DNA from: Escherichia coli
GTDB taxonomy: Bacteria; Pseudomonadota; Gammaproteobacteria; Enterobacterales; Enterobacteriaceae
Direction: 5' to 3' (one strand)
Length of the DNA: 64,000 nt
Assembly: GCF_016903815.1 (NCBI RefSeq)
Contig: NZ_CP069973.1
Shown here: positions 52,178 to 62,688 of the stretch, one piece after another
Position numbering within the stretch: position 1 is the first letter of the stretch
Layout of the letters: each line of letters begins with the position of its first letter
Notes under the pieces: model-generated
The model's input: only the letters and a program-made list of their open reading frames with translations
Databases searched by the model: none
Told to the model about the DNA's origin: nothing
Translations under genes and position numbers: made by a program

Positions 52178-53413
52178 TTATTTCTTCCAGGCAAGTTGAT
52201 AAAGCATGAGTGCCAACGTTTTGACCCCTTCGGCAAGGTCGGTAATATTGGTGCGTTCCGCCGGGTTATGGCTGATCCCGTTGATGCTGGGAATGAAAAT
52301 CATGCAGGTCGGCACGCGCGGCGCGAAAATTTGTGCGTCGTGCCCGGCACCACTGTGCATCACCCGGTAATTCAGTTTTTCGCTTTCACACAATTCTGTC
52401 AGGGTGGTGACCAGGTCCTTATTCATCGGCACGGGTTCTTCGTCCATCCATAAATCGATATCAATACCAATGTCCATTTCATCGCAAATCGCCCGCATGT
52501 CGTTTTCTAACTGTTGGGTGAAATCGCGCAGCACGGCAGCATCGGTATGGCGACAATCAATGGTGAACGTGGTTTTACCCGGCACCACATTCACCGTATT
52601 CGGGCGCGGCTCTACTTTGCCAAAGGTCAGAACCAGCGGATCGCCCATCTTTTTCGCTTTTTCGACAGACTGATGGCAAATGCGACTGAAAGCGTAAACC
52701 GTATCACGACGATAACCCATCGGCGTGGTGCCTGCATGGTTTGATTCGCCATTCAGCGTCACCGTATAACGACGCTGCCCGACAATTGCATTCACCACGC
52801 CAATTGACTGCCCATTACTTTCCAGCACACAGCCCTGTTCGATATGCAGTTCGACAAAGGCTTTAATATCCTGACGCGGAGTTAGTGGGGCGTTCGGCAG
52901 AGTAAATCCGCAAGCCTTCATCGCATCGACAAAACTATTTCCTTTGGCATCACAGATATTCCGCACGTCGTCAGGATTCGCCAGCCCAAAGATATTTTTA
53001 CTGCCCCAGAAGACATACGGGAAGCGGCTGCCTTCTTCTTCTGCCATCGCCACCACTTCGACCGTACGTAACGGCGCGCCGTATTGCGTTTTCAACCAGT
53101 CAATTGCCAGCCACGCCGCCAGCGCGCCGAATTGCCCGTCGAGGTTACCGCCGTTAACCACGGTATCGATATGCGAACCGCTCAGAACCACTTCTTGTGG
53201 ATATTCGGTGCCACTCAGGCGACCATATAAATTCCCCACTTCATCGAAACGTGTTTCCAGCCCGCTTGCTGCCATTCTTTTTTTAAATTGCTGCTGAGTT
53301 TCCAGCCATTCCGGCGAATAAAGTAAACGGGTCATCCCACCCGTTGGGTCAGCGCCAAAAGAGGAAAGCCAGGGCAGCGTTTCTTCTATGGCTTGACGAA
53401 AATGTGTAATCAT
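52178..53413 (-). CDS. allC: Allantoate amidohydrolase (M20 family)
   Basis: MITHFRQAIEETLPWLSSFGADPTGGMTRLLYSPEW..., 411 aa from the ATG at 53413. Confidence 0.95.
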   Translation of the reverse strand: MITHFRQAIEETLPWLSSFGADPTGGMTRLLYSPEWLETQQQFKKRMAASGLETRFDEVGNLYGRLSGTEYPQEVVLSGSHIDTVVNGGNLDGQFGALAAWLAIDWLKTQYGAPLRTVEVVAMAEEEGSRFPYVFWGSKNIFGLANPDDVRNICDAKGNSFVDAMKACGFTLPNAPLTPRQDIKAFVELHIEQGCVLESNGQSIGVVNAIVGQRRYTVTLNGESNHAGTTPMGYRRDTVYAFSRICHQSVEKAKKMGDPLVLTFGKVEPRPNTVNVVPGKTTFTIDCRHTDAAVLRDFTQQLENDMRAICDEMDIGIDIDLWMDEEPVPMNKDLVTTLTELCESEKLNYRVMHSGAGHDAQIFAPRVPTCMIFIPSINGISHNPAERTNITDLAEGVKTLALMLYQLAWKK

Positions 53414-53434
53414 AAGAAAGTCCTGTCTCAATAA

Positions 53435-54484
53435 TTATTGCGCAAAGGGATTTTTCGTTTCGTATGACGTGTTATAAAGCGCGTCGGAAATTAAATACTG
53501 GTAAATATCATCAACAATTTCGATGCCTTCGACGGCGGCTTTGCGTTGTTTAATATCCTGATCCTGTCCGGGATAATAAACCTGGTTAAAACCGGGCGCG
53601 GGGGTTATGGCATTTAATTCGCGCATGGTCTGGCTAAGATGTTGACGGAATAGTTCGCTGGAGGAGAAAAAGTTCGGATTAATAACGATATGTAATTGCC
53701 CCAAATTACGCCCGGCGTGTAAATCGTCATACATCGAACTAACCTGTCGCCCGAACGGTAAGCCGAGTAAGACGCCTGAGAGGACGTCAATCATCATCAT
53801 CAGGCCATACCCTTTCGGCCCGGCGGCGGGGAGCAGAGCATGTACCGCGAACGGATCGGTTGTTGGTGCTCCGTTTTTATCGACCGCCTAGGTATCCGGG
53901 ATAGACATATTACGCGAGCGGGCGTCGAGCACTTTTCCCCATGCCTGTACGGTAGTCGCCATATCAAAGGTAAGGATCTCGTCGCCTTCTCCCGGCGCGG
54001 CAAAGGCCAGTGGGTTAGTACCGTAGTAAATTTCCGCGCCGCCAAACGGCACCACCATTGGATCGGACTGGCACATCGAAATGCCAATTAATCCGGCGCG
54101 GGCTGCCTGCTGCACAAAATAAGAGATTGCGCCGCTGTGACCCATCCGGCTGATACCGACCACCGCAACGCCATTTTGCTGGGCGGTTTTGATGGCATGT
54201 TCCATACCCATTTTCGCCGCGACCTGTCCGGCGGCATTGTCAGCATGTAAAATTGCTGAACATGGCCCGGTTTCTTCAAGACGAAACTCCGGTTCGCGGT
54301 TGGTGCCGCCTTTTGAAATGCGTTCCGCGTAGTATTCCACGCGCACCGCGCCATGAGAGTGGATCCCTCTGGCATCGGCGTAAACCAATACTTCAGCCAC
54401 GGTTGCAGCGTGCTCACGTTTTAACCCAGCCTGGCAGAGTTTATTCTCGATTAGCTGGTGGAGTGTTTCCCGACTGATTTTCAT
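53435..54484 (-). pseudogene. allD: Ureidoglycolate dehydrogenase gene interrupted by a single in-frame amber codon
   Basis: The minus-strand reading is ...AAT ATG TCT ATC CCG GAT ACC TAG GCG GTC GAT AAA AAC GGA... The TAG is at complement(53888..53890), where the recalled K-12 AllD has Trp (..NMSIPDTWAVDKNG..). The N-terminal 198-aa part and the C-terminal part are in the same frame. Confidence 0.85.
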
Positions 54485-54800
54485 CTGTCTTCCTTTTTAA
54501 CGACGGTGTGAAGCATGACTGCAATTAACATACAGGGAAAATATCTGGATTATGTGATCCAGACAGGCAAAAAAATATAGTTAGAATTTATTTGATAATC
54601 CGCTCGCTTTTAACCTGGTTTTTAAAACAACCACGCTTATTAAAAAATAACACGTAATAGCCTGGCGGTTATTTGAATTCTTTTGTTAATAATCCCTGTG
54701 TGATATTCATCACCTTATTTACTCGTTGTCATCGATACCGTAATCGCCACATTAACACTGCTCGTGCAATTGCCATGGGTGCAATTTTTAAGGAGTTGTT

Positions 54801-56468
54801 ATGATCCACGCCTTTATTAAAAAAGGGTGTTTTCAGGATTCGGTCAGTTTAATGATTATTTCACGAAAACTCAGCGAATCAGAAAATGTTGATGATGTTT
54901 CCGTAATGATGGGTACGCCCGCCAATAAAGCGTTATTAGAGACCACAGGTTTCTGGCATGACGATTTTAATAACGCCACGCCGAACGATATTTGCGTGGC
55001 AATTCGTAGCGAAGCGGCGGATGCGGGGATCGCGCAGGCGATTATGCAACAGCTTGAAGAGGCGCTAAAACAACTGGCGCAGGGTTCAGGCAGCAGCCAG
55101 GCGTTGACGCAGGTGCGTCGCTGGGACAGTGCCTGTCAGAAATTACCCGATGCCAGTCTGGCGCTGATTTCAGTGGCTGGCGAGTATGCGGCGGAACTGG
55201 CGAATCAGGCGCTGGATCGCAACCTCAACGTGATGATGTTCTCCGATAACGTCACGCTGGAAGATGAAATCCAGCTCAAAACCCGCGCACGCGATAAAGG
55301 CTTGCTGGTGATGGGGCCGGACTGCGGTACGTCGATGATTGCCGCCACGCCGCTGGCTTTTGCTAACGTGATGCCGGAAGGCAACATTGGCGTCATTGGC
55401 GCTTCCGGTACCGGGATTCAGGAGCTGTGTTCGCAGATTGCGCTGGCAGGTGAGGGAATTACCCACGCGATTGGTCTTGGCGGGCGCGACCTCAGCCGTG
55501 AAGTGGGCGGCATCAGTGCGCTAACGGCGCTGGAAATGCTCAGTGCAGACGAGAAAAGCGAAGTGCTGGCATTTGTTTCAAAACCACCTGCCGAAGCTGT
55601 GCGTCTGAAAATTGTTAATGCCATGAAAGCAACTGGCAAACCGACGGTGGCGCTGTTTTTAGGTTATACCCCGGCGGTAGCCCGCGACGAGAATGTCTGG
55701 TTTGCCTCCTCGCTGGATGAGGCCGCACGCCTGGCTTGCCTGCTTTCACGCGTTACGGCGCGACGTAACGCAATAGCGCCTGTCAGCAGCGGATTTATTT
55801 GCGGTTTGTATACCGGCGGTACGCTGGCCGCTGAAGCGGCGGGATTACTTGCCGGACACCTTGGCGTGGAAGCCGACGATACCCATCAACATGGCATGAT
55901 GCTCGACGCCGACGGACATCAGATCCTCGACCTGGGCGATGATTTTTACACCGTCGGGCGTCCCCATCCGATGATCGACCCGACCTTACGCAACCTGTTA
56001 ATTGCCGATCTCGGCGCTAAACCGCAAGTGCGCGTGTTGCTGCTTGATGTCGTGATTGGCTTCGGTGCGACCGCCGATCCTGCCGCCTCGCTGGTGAGCG
56101 CCTGGCAAAAAGCCTGTGCCGCGCGTTCTGACAGCCAACCGCTGTACGCCATTGCCACGGTGACAGGTACCGAACGTGACCCGCAATGCCGCTCGCAGCA
56201 AATCGCCACGCTGGAAGATGCGGGGATCGCGGTTGTGAGTTCGCTGCCGGAAGCCACCTTGCTGGCGGCAGCGTTAATTCATCCGCTCTCGCCTGCCACA
56301 CAGCAACACACACCGTCATTACTGGAAAACGTCGCCGTGATTAACATCGGATTACGCAGCTTTGCGCTGGAGCTACAAAGCGCCAGCAAACCGGTTGTGC
56401 ATTACCAATGGTCGCCAGTCGCCGGCGGCAATAAAAAACTGGCTCGTTTATTAGAACGTTTGCAATAA
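54801..56468 (+). CDS. fdrA: FdrA (succinyl-CoA-synthetase-alpha-like / acyl-CoA synthetase-like protein)
   Basis: 555 aa, MIHAFIKKGCFQDSVSLMIISRKL... It has a CoA-ligase-like Gly-rich region (GVIGASGTGIQE). Confidence 0.9.
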   Translation: MIHAFIKKGCFQDSVSLMIISRKLSESENVDDVSVMMGTPANKALLETTGFWHDDFNNATPNDICVAIRSEAADAGIAQAIMQQLEEALKQLAQGSGSSQALTQVRRWDSACQKLPDASLALISVAGEYAAELANQALDRNLNVMMFSDNVTLEDEIQLKTRARDKGLLVMGPDCGTSMIAATPLAFANVMPEGNIGVIGASGTGIQELCSQIALAGEGITHAIGLGGRDLSREVGGISALTALEMLSADEKSEVLAFVSKPPAEAVRLKIVNAMKATGKPTVALFLGYTPAVARDENVWFASSLDEAARLACLLSRVTARRNAIAPVSSGFICGLYTGGTLAAEAAGLLAGHLGVEADDTHQHGMMLDADGHQILDLGDDFYTVGRPHPMIDPTLRNLLIADLGAKPQVRVLLLDVVIGFGATADPAASLVSAWQKACAARSDSQPLYAIATVTGTERDPQCRSQQIATLEDAGIAVVSSLPEATLLAAALIHPLSPATQQHTPSLLENVAVINIGLRSFALELQSASKPVVHYQWSPVAGGNKKLARLLERLQ

Positions 56469-56477
56469 GGGGTTTCC

Positions 56478-57737
56478 ATGTTTACATCAGTGGCGCAAGC
56501 CAATGCTGCGGTTATCGAACAAATTCGTCGCGCTCGTCCACACTGGCTGGATGTGCAACCGGCTTCTTCACTTATCAGCGAACTAAACAAGGGCAAAACA
56601 CTGCTTCACGCCGGGCCGCCAATGCGCTGGCAGGAGATGACCGGACCCATGAAAGGGGCGTGCGTGGGCGCATGTCTGTTCGAAGGCTGGGCGAAAGATG
56701 AGGCGCAGGCGCTGGCAATACTGGAGCAGGGGGAAGTGAACTTCATTCCTTGTCACCATGTGAATGCCGTCGGGCCAATGGGCGGCATTACTTCTGCCAG
56801 TATGCCGATGCTGGTGGTCGAGAACGTGACCGACGGCAACCGGGCGTACTGCAACCTCAACGAAGGTATCGGCAAAGTGATGCGTTTTGGCGCTTACGGC
56901 GAAGATGTCCTGACTCGCCATCGCTGGATGCGCGATGTGTTAATGCCAGTATTAAGTGCGGCGCTGGGGCGCATGGAGCGCGGTATCGATCTCACGGCGA
57001 TGATGGCGCAGGGCATTACCATGGGCGATGAGTTTCATCAACGCAATATTGCTTCCTCTGCACTGTTAATGCGTGCGCTGGCCCCACAAATTGCTCGCCT
57101 CGATCATGATAAACAACACATCGCGGAAGTGATGGATTTCCTCAGCGTGACCGATCAGTTCTTCCTTAACCTCGCGATGGCTTACTGCAAGGCGGCGATG
57201 GATGCTGGTGCGATGATCCGTGCAGGCAGCATCGTCACGGCTATGACCCGCAACGGCAATATGTTCGGGATTCGGGTCAGCGGGCTGGGCGAACGCTGGT
57301 TTACTGCGCCTGTAAACACTCCCCAAGGTCTGTTTTTCACCGGCTTCTCGCAGGAGCAGGCGAACCCGGATATGGGCGATAGCGCAATTACCGAAACCTT
57401 TGGTATCGGAGGTGCGGCAATGATCGCAGCGCCTGGCGTAACGCGCTTTGTCGGTGCGGGTGGCATGGAAGCGGCCAGAACCGTTTCTGAAGAGATGGCG
57501 GAAATTTACCTTGAGCGCAATATGCAGTTGCAGATCCCCGGCTGGGATTTCCAGGGCGCGTGCCTGGGACTGGACATTCGTCGCGTGGTAGAAACCGGCA
57601 TTACGCCACTCATCAATACCGGTATCGCCCATAAAGAGGCGGGGATCGGGCAGATTGGCGCAGGCACTGTGCGGGCACCGTTGGCCTGCTTTGAACAGGC
57701 GCTGGAAGCACTGGCTGAAAGCATGGGGATTGGTTGA
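56478..57737 (+). CDS. ylbE: DUF1116-family protein YlbE, intact here
   Basis: A single 419-aa ORF. Its position between fdrA and ylbF supports the call. Confidence 0.85.
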   Translation: MFTSVAQANAAVIEQIRRARPHWLDVQPASSLISELNKGKTLLHAGPPMRWQEMTGPMKGACVGACLFEGWAKDEAQALAILEQGEVNFIPCHHVNAVGPMGGITSASMPMLVVENVTDGNRAYCNLNEGIGKVMRFGAYGEDVLTRHRWMRDVLMPVLSAALGRMERGIDLTAMMAQGITMGDEFHQRNIASSALLMRALAPQIARLDHDKQHIAEVMDFLSVTDQFFLNLAMAYCKAAMDAGAMIRAGSIVTAMTRNGNMFGIRVSGLGERWFTAPVNTPQGLFFTGFSQEQANPDMGDSAITETFGIGGAAMIAAPGVTRFVGAGGMEAARTVSEEMAEIYLERNMQLQIPGWDFQGACLGLDIRRVVETGITPLINTGIAHKEAGIGQIGAGTVRAPLACFEQALEALAESMGIG

Positions 57738-57747
57738 GGAACGCGCA

Positions 57748-58563
57748 ATGACGATCATCCATCCTCTGCTTGCCAGCCGTAGCGCTCCGAATTATCGCCA
57801 GTCCTGGCGGTTAGCGGGCGTGTGGCGGCGGGCGATTAACCTGATGACGGAAAGCGGCGAACTGTTAACGCTGCATCGTCAGGGTAGTGGTTTCGGCCCC
57901 GGAGGATGGGTGCTTCGCCGCGCGCAATTCGATGCGTTATGCGGTGGATTATGCGGCAATGAACGACCACAGGTTGTGGCTCAAGGCATTTGCCTCGGAC
58001 GTTTCACGGTTAAACAGCCACAGCGTTATTGTTTGCTGCGTATTACGCCGCCTGCGCATCCTCAACCGCTTGCAGCGGCATGGATGCAACGCGCGGAGGA
58101 AACCGGGCTTTTCGGGCCGCTGGCGTTGGCGGCAGGCGATCCGCTGCCTGCTGAATTACGCCAGTTTCGTCACTGTTTTCAGGCCGCGCTCAATGGCGTT
58201 AAGACCGACTGGCGGCACTGGCTGGGTAAAGGGCCGGGATTAACGCCGAGTCATGATGACACGCTGACGGGAATGCTGCTGGCAGCCTGGTATTATGGCG
58301 CTTTAGATGCGCGCTCCGGTCGCCCGTTTTTTGCCTGTTCCGACCATCTTCAACTCGTTACCACTGCGGTGAGCGTTAATTATTTACGTTATGCCGCGCA
58401 AGGATATTTCGCCTCGCCACTCCTGCACTTTGTTCATGCTCTGAGTTGCCCGAAACGTACCGCTGTTGCGATTGATTCGCTGCTGGCGCTGGGACATACG
58501 TCAGGGGCAGATACGCTGCTGGGGTTCTGGCTTGGTCAACAATTATTACAAGGAAAACCATGA
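57748..58563 (+). CDS. ylbF: DUF2877-family protein YlbF
   Basis: [45 protein letters not shown]..., 271 aa from the ATG at 57748. Confidence 0.88.
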   Translation: MTIIHPLLASRSAPNYRQSWRLAGVWRRAINLMTESGELLTLHRQGSGFGPGGWVLRRAQFDALCGGLCGNERPQVVAQGICLGRFTVKQPQRYCLLRITPPAHPQPLAAAWMQRAEETGLFGPLALAAGDPLPAELRQFRHCFQAALNGVKTDWRHWLGKGPGLTPSHDDTLTGMLLAAWYYGALDARSGRPFFACSDHLQLVTTAVSVNYLRYAAQGYFASPLLHFVHALSCPKRTAVAIDSLLALGHTSGADTLLGFWLGQQLLQGKP

Positions 58564-59453
58564 AAACACTGGTTGTAGCTCTTGGGGGCAATGCCTTGCT
58601 TCAGCGCGGTGAGGCGCTGACGGCAGAAAATCAATATCGCAATATCGCCAGCGCTGTACCCGCACTGGCGTGCCTGGCCCGTTCTTATCGGCTGGCGATT
58701 GTTCACGGCAACGGGCCACAGGTGGGGCTGTTGGCGTTACAGAATCTGGCGTGGAAAGAGGTAGAACCGTATCCGCTGGATGTGCTGGTGGCGGAAAGCC
58801 AGGGGATGATTGGCTATATGCTGGCGCAGAGCTTGAGCGCACAGCCGCAGATGCCGCCTGTCACGACGGTGCTGACGCGCATTGAGGTTTCGCCTGATGA
58901 TCCGGCGTTTTTGCAGCCAGAGAAGTTTATCGGTCCGGTTTATCAGCCAGAAGAACAAGAGACACTGGAAGCGGCTTACGGCTGGCAGATGAAACGTGAT
59001 GGTAAATATTTGCGCCGGGTGGTAGCGTCTCCGCAACCGCGTAAAATTCTCGACAGCGAAGCCATCGAGTTGTTGCTCAAAGAGGGGCATGTGGTGATTT
59101 GCAGTGGCGGCGGCGGTGTGCCTGTGACGGATGACGGAGCAGGGAGTGAAGCAGTGATTGATAAAGATCTCGCCGCTGCGTTGCTCGCCGAGCAGATTAA
59201 TGCCGATGGGCTGGTGATCCTCACCGATGCTGATGCGGTATATGAAAACTGGGGAACGCCGCAGCAACGTGCCATTCGCCATGCCACACCGGATGAGTTA
59301 GCGCCATTTGCCAAAGCCGATGGTTCGATGGGGCCGAAGGTAATGGCGGTGAGTGGCTATGTCAGAAGCCGTGGCAAACCTGCGTGGATTGGGGCGTTAT
59401 CGCGGATTGAAGAGACGCTGGCGGGCGAAGCGGGGACCTGTATTTCGCTGTAG
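58560..59453 (+). CDS. ybcF: Carbamate kinase-like protein
   Basis: 297 aa, [18 protein letters not shown]..., with the amino-acid-kinase fold signature. An ATGA overlap links it to ylbF. Confidence 0.92.
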   Translation: MKTLVVALGGNALLQRGEALTAENQYRNIASAVPALACLARSYRLAIVHGNGPQVGLLALQNLAWKEVEPYPLDVLVAESQGMIGYMLAQSLSAQPQMPPVTTVLTRIEVSPDDPAFLQPEKFIGPVYQPEEQETLEAAYGWQMKRDGKYLRRVVASPQPRKILDSEAIELLLKEGHVVICSGGGGVPVTDDGAGSEAVIDKDLAAALLAEQINADGLVILTDADAVYENWGTPQQRAIRHATPDELAPFAKADGSMGPKVMAVSGYVRSRGKPAWIGALSRIEETLAGEAGTCISL

Positions 59454-59521
59454 TGATTGGGGTATTTGGCAAGAATTAAGGCTCTGAGAAAGATTCCAAA
59501 CCCCAAATAAGAACGCGGACA

Positions 59522-59561
59522 GTCCCCTCGCCCCTGTGGGGAGAGGGTTAGGGTGAGGGGG
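59522..59561. repeat. GC-rich imperfect palindromic intergenic repeat between the convergent genes ybcF and purK
   Basis: gtcccctcgcccctgtggggagagggttagggtgaggggg. I recognise the gggagagggttagggtgaggg string as a recurrent E. coli intergenic element, but I am not certain of the family name. Confidence 0.45.
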
Positions 59562-59605
59562 AAAACTGCTTGCGCATTAGCTTTTAAGCAGGTTTGTGCA
59601 CCAGG

Positions 59606-60673
59606 TTAACTGAACTTACTCTGCGCCCAAATCACGCCACTGGCATACTCCGGCGGCAGCAGCGGGATTAAGGCTTCCAGCGCCGCGGTCAGACGCGATG
59701 TGTCGCTGTCGGTCAAATTCAGATGCCCCACTTTACGCCCCGGACGGACTTCTTTGTCGTACCAGTGCAGATGCACCAGCGGCAATTTCAGCCAGTCATA
59801 ATTCACATCGCTACCAATCAGGTTGATCATCACCGACGGACTATTCACTACTGGTTGCGGTAACGGCAGATCGGTAATCGCCCGCAGATGCAGCTCAAAC
59901 TGGCTGATGCTGGCACCGTTTTGCGTCCAGTGACCACTGTTATGCACACGCGGAGCCAGTTCGTTGATCAGCAGACCTTGCGGGGTGACAAAGCACTCCA
60001 TCGCCATCACGCCCACATAGCCCAGCTCCTGCATAATCGCCGACAGCATCTCTTCGGCTTGCGCTTGCTGCTGCGCATTGGCCTGCGGGAAAGCGACGCT
60101 GGTACGCAAAATACCGTCCTGATGCAGGTTATGCGTCAGCGGATAAAACACGGTGCTACCATCAAAGCCGCGCGCGCCAACCAGCGACACTTCGCCAGAG
60201 AAGTTTATGCCCTGCTCGACAATACATTCGCCGTAGCATTCAGCCGGTAACTGTTCGGTTTCATCGGCGCGTAAACGCCATTGACCGCGTCCGTCATAGC
60301 CACCAGTGCGACGCTTAACAATCGCCAGCTCACCTAAACGCTTAAACACCGCAGGCCACTCGCTGCGATCGGCAAGTAACTGCCACGGTGCGGTCGGTAG
60401 GTGAAGCTTGTCGAAAAGCTGCTTCTGAGTCAGACGGTCAGCAATAATCGGGAATACATCGCGGTTCACAAAGGCCGGATGGCGCGCCAGCTCGCGGGTT
60501 AATGCGGTTTCCGGCCAGCGTTCGATCTCAGCGGTAATCACGCTTTGTTGAAAAGGCACCGCCGCCGGTTCAGCGTCCAGCCCGACTGGCCAGACAGCAA
60601 TGCCTAACGGTTCGCCTGCCTGGCGCAGCATACGGCCTAACTGCCCGTTACCGAGGACGCAAACCTGTTTCAT
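59606..60673 (-). CDS. purK: N5-carboxyaminoimidazole ribonucleotide synthase
   Basis: 355 aa, [25 protein letters not shown]..., with an ATP-grasp fold. Confidence 0.96.
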   Translation of the reverse strand: MKQVCVLGNGQLGRMLRQAGEPLGIAVWPVGLDAEPAAVPFQQSVITAEIERWPETALTRELARHPAFVNRDVFPIIADRLTQKQLFDKLHLPTAPWQLLADRSEWPAVFKRLGELAIVKRRTGGYDGRGQWRLRADETEQLPAECYGECIVEQGINFSGEVSLVGARGFDGSTVFYPLTHNLHQDGILRTSVAFPQANAQQQAQAEEMLSAIMQELGYVGVMAMECFVTPQGLLINELAPRVHNSGHWTQNGASISQFELHLRAITDLPLPQPVVNSPSVMINLIGSDVNYDWLKLPLVHLHWYDKEVRPGRKVGHLNLTDSDTSRLTAALEALIPLLPPEYASGVIWAQSKFS

Positions 60674-61179
60674 GCCGCACCTCGCGGGTCTGGGTTTTCC
60701 AGCACTTCGTCAGTCTGGGCTTTGCGCCAGTCATTCAGACGCTGGTGCAGTTCTTTATCATGAGTCGCAAGAATTTGTGCTGCCAGTAACGCCGCGTTTG
60801 CCGCGCCAGCTTTACCAATCGCCAGCGTACCCACCGGAATGCCGCGCGGCATTTGTACGATGGAGTAGAGGCTATCGACACCGCTCAGTGCGGCGCTCTG
60901 TACTGGCACGCCCAGCACTGGCACCAGCGTTTTGGCGGCAATCATGCCTGGCAGGTGCGCTGCGCCGCCTGCGCCCGCAATAATCACCTGATAACCGTTT
61001 TCTTCGGCACTTTCGGCGAAGCTGAACAGTTTATCGGGGGTGCGGTGAGCAGAAACCACTTCAACGTGGTGTGGGACATTCAGGATTTCGAAGATTTCGG
61101 CGGCGAACTGCATGGTAGCCCAGTCGCTTTTGGACCCCATCACGATGGCGACACGCGCCGGATTATTGCGGGAAGACAT
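60670..61179 (-). CDS. purE: N5-CAIR mutase
   Basis: [31 protein letters not shown]..., 169 aa from the ATG at 61179. Confidence 0.96.
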   Translation of the reverse strand: MSSRNNPARVAIVMGSKSDWATMQFAAEIFEILNVPHHVEVVSAHRTPDKLFSFAESAEENGYQVIIAGAGGAAHLPGMIAAKTLVPVLGVPVQSAALSGVDSLYSIVQMPRGIPVGTLAIGKAGAANAALLAAQILATHDKELHQRLNDWRKAQTDEVLENPDPRGAA

Positions 61180-61250
61180 GCGTCTTAAAACTCCTGTGGT
61201 GCACAACTCTCGGCTTTAGAGGGCACAGAGAATAGCACGGAAAGAGAGCA

Positions 61251-61266
61251 AGGAAAACGGTTGCGT
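61251..61266 (-). promoter_or_regulatory. PurR operator (pur box) upstream of purEK
   Basis: The minus strand reads ACGCAACCGTTTTCCT. This matches the pur-box consensus ACGCAAACGTTTTCNT. Confidence 0.8.
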
Positions 61267-61295
61267 GGCTGTGAAATCAGCAAAGTTGCGGGTAT

Positions 61296-62018
61296 TTAAA
61301 ACGGAAAATGAATCAGCTCAACGTCATCTGCCGTGACTTTCACCATTGAACCTTCCGTATGCCAGGCACCCAGTACCACGCGAAAAGCAGGTTGCTGATT
61401 GGCGATAAGTTCATGCACCGCCGGGCGATGGGTATGCCCGTGGATCAGCCATTGCACCTGATGTTTTTCCATCGCACTGACCACCGCGTTTTGGTTAACG
61501 TCCATGATCGCCAGCGATTTACTGCTGTTGGCTTCTTTGCTGTTCGCGCGCATTCGCGCGGCAATGCGTTTGCGCACAAACAATGGCAGAGCGAGGAATA
61601 GCGTCTGCAGCCAGGGTTTGTGGACTTTGGCGCGAAAAGCCTGATAACCGGCGTCATCGGTGCACAGCGTGTCGCCATGCATAATCAATACCCGGCGACC
61701 ATACAGTTCGAGCACCTTTTCTTCCGGCAATAACGTCATGCCGCTTTCACGGGCAAAGCGTTTGCCGAGCAGAAAATCACGGTTGCCATGAATGAAATAA
61801 CAGGGAACACCGGAATCGGACACCGCTTTGATCGCTGCCGCCATCTGGCGATGGAGTGGGTTGGGATCGTCGTCGCCAATCCACGCTTCAAACAGATCGC
61901 CAAGAATATACAGCGCGTCGGCCTTGCGGGCTTCCCCCGCTAAAAAACGCAGAAAACCGGCGGTGATCGCCGGTTCTTCCGCGCAGAGATGAAGATCTGC
62001 AATAAAGAGTGTCGCCAC
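61296..62018 (-). CDS. lpxH: UDP-2,3-diacylglucosamine diphosphatase
   Basis: 240 aa, [26 protein letters not shown]..., with the calcineurin-like phosphoesterase motifs DLH and GNRD. Confidence 0.96.
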   Translation of the reverse strand: MATLFIADLHLCAEEPAITAGFLRFLAGEARKADALYILGDLFEAWIGDDDPNPLHRQMAAAIKAVSDSGVPCYFIHGNRDFLLGKRFARESGMTLLPEEKVLELYGRRVLIMHGDTLCTDDAGYQAFRAKVHKPWLQTLFLALPLFVRKRIAARMRANSKEANSSKSLAIMDVNQNAVVSAMEKHQVQWLIHGHTHRPAVHELIANQQPAFRVVLGAWHTEGSMVKVTADDVELIHFPF

Positions 62019-62020
62019 GA

Positions 62021-62515
62021 TTACTCGCTAACGGTCACGCTTTCAATGATAACGTCTTCTTTTGGCACGTCCTGGTGCATACCGCTACGACCGGTTGCAA
62101 CACCTTTGATTTTGTCTACCACGTCCATGCCTTCAACCACTTCAGCAAACACGCAGTAACCCCAACCTTGCAGGCTTTCGCCAGAGAAGTTCAGGAAGTC
62201 GTTATCAACCACGTTGATGAAGAACTGTGCAGTTGCAGAGTGCGGTGCCTGAGTACGGGCCATTGCCAGCGTACCACGGGTATTTTTCAGACCGTTGTTG
62301 GCTTCGTTTTTGATCGGGTCTTTGGTGGTTTTTTGCTTCATGCCCGGCTCAAAACCGCCGCCCTGAATCATAAAGCCGTTGATTACACGGTGGAAAATGG
62401 TGTTGTTGTAAAAACCTTCGCGGCAGTAGTCCAGGAAGTTTTTAACTGTTTCAGGTGCTTTATCGTCAAAAGTTTTGATGACAATATCGCCGTGATTGGT
62501 GTGGAAAGTAACCAT
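62021..62515 (-). CDS. ppiB: Peptidyl-prolyl cis-trans isomerase B (cyclophilin)
   Basis: 164 aa, [54 protein letters not shown]. Confidence 0.97.
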   Translation of the reverse strand: MVTFHTNHGDIVIKTFDDKAPETVKNFLDYCREGFYNNTIFHRVINGFMIQGGGFEPGMKQKTTKDPIKNEANNGLKNTRGTLAMARTQAPHSATAQFFINVVDNDFLNFSGESLQGWGYCVFAEVVEGMDVVDKIKGVATGRSGMHQDVPKEDVIIESVTVSE

Positions 62516-62688
62516 TTTTGCATCCTGTTCCGTTTGATTGGTGCTTCAACCCGGTTCGGGTCATATATAGGGTGGTGTTATAGCATAACCGCACGATCGG
62601 ATCATCACGCAATGTATGCTGATTCGCGCGGGAAATATGGGTATTATACGCAACTCAATTACCCACACATGTCTAAACGGAATCTTCG

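Noticed and set aside
53800..54087. A 95-aa ORF bridging the two allD pieces, which suggests a frameshift or a separate gene
   Set aside because: It is in a different frame from both allD parts. The two allD parts are themselves in the same frame and are separated only by one TAG codon. The bridge ORF translation (MAFRCASPIQWWCRLAARKF...) has no protein-like character.
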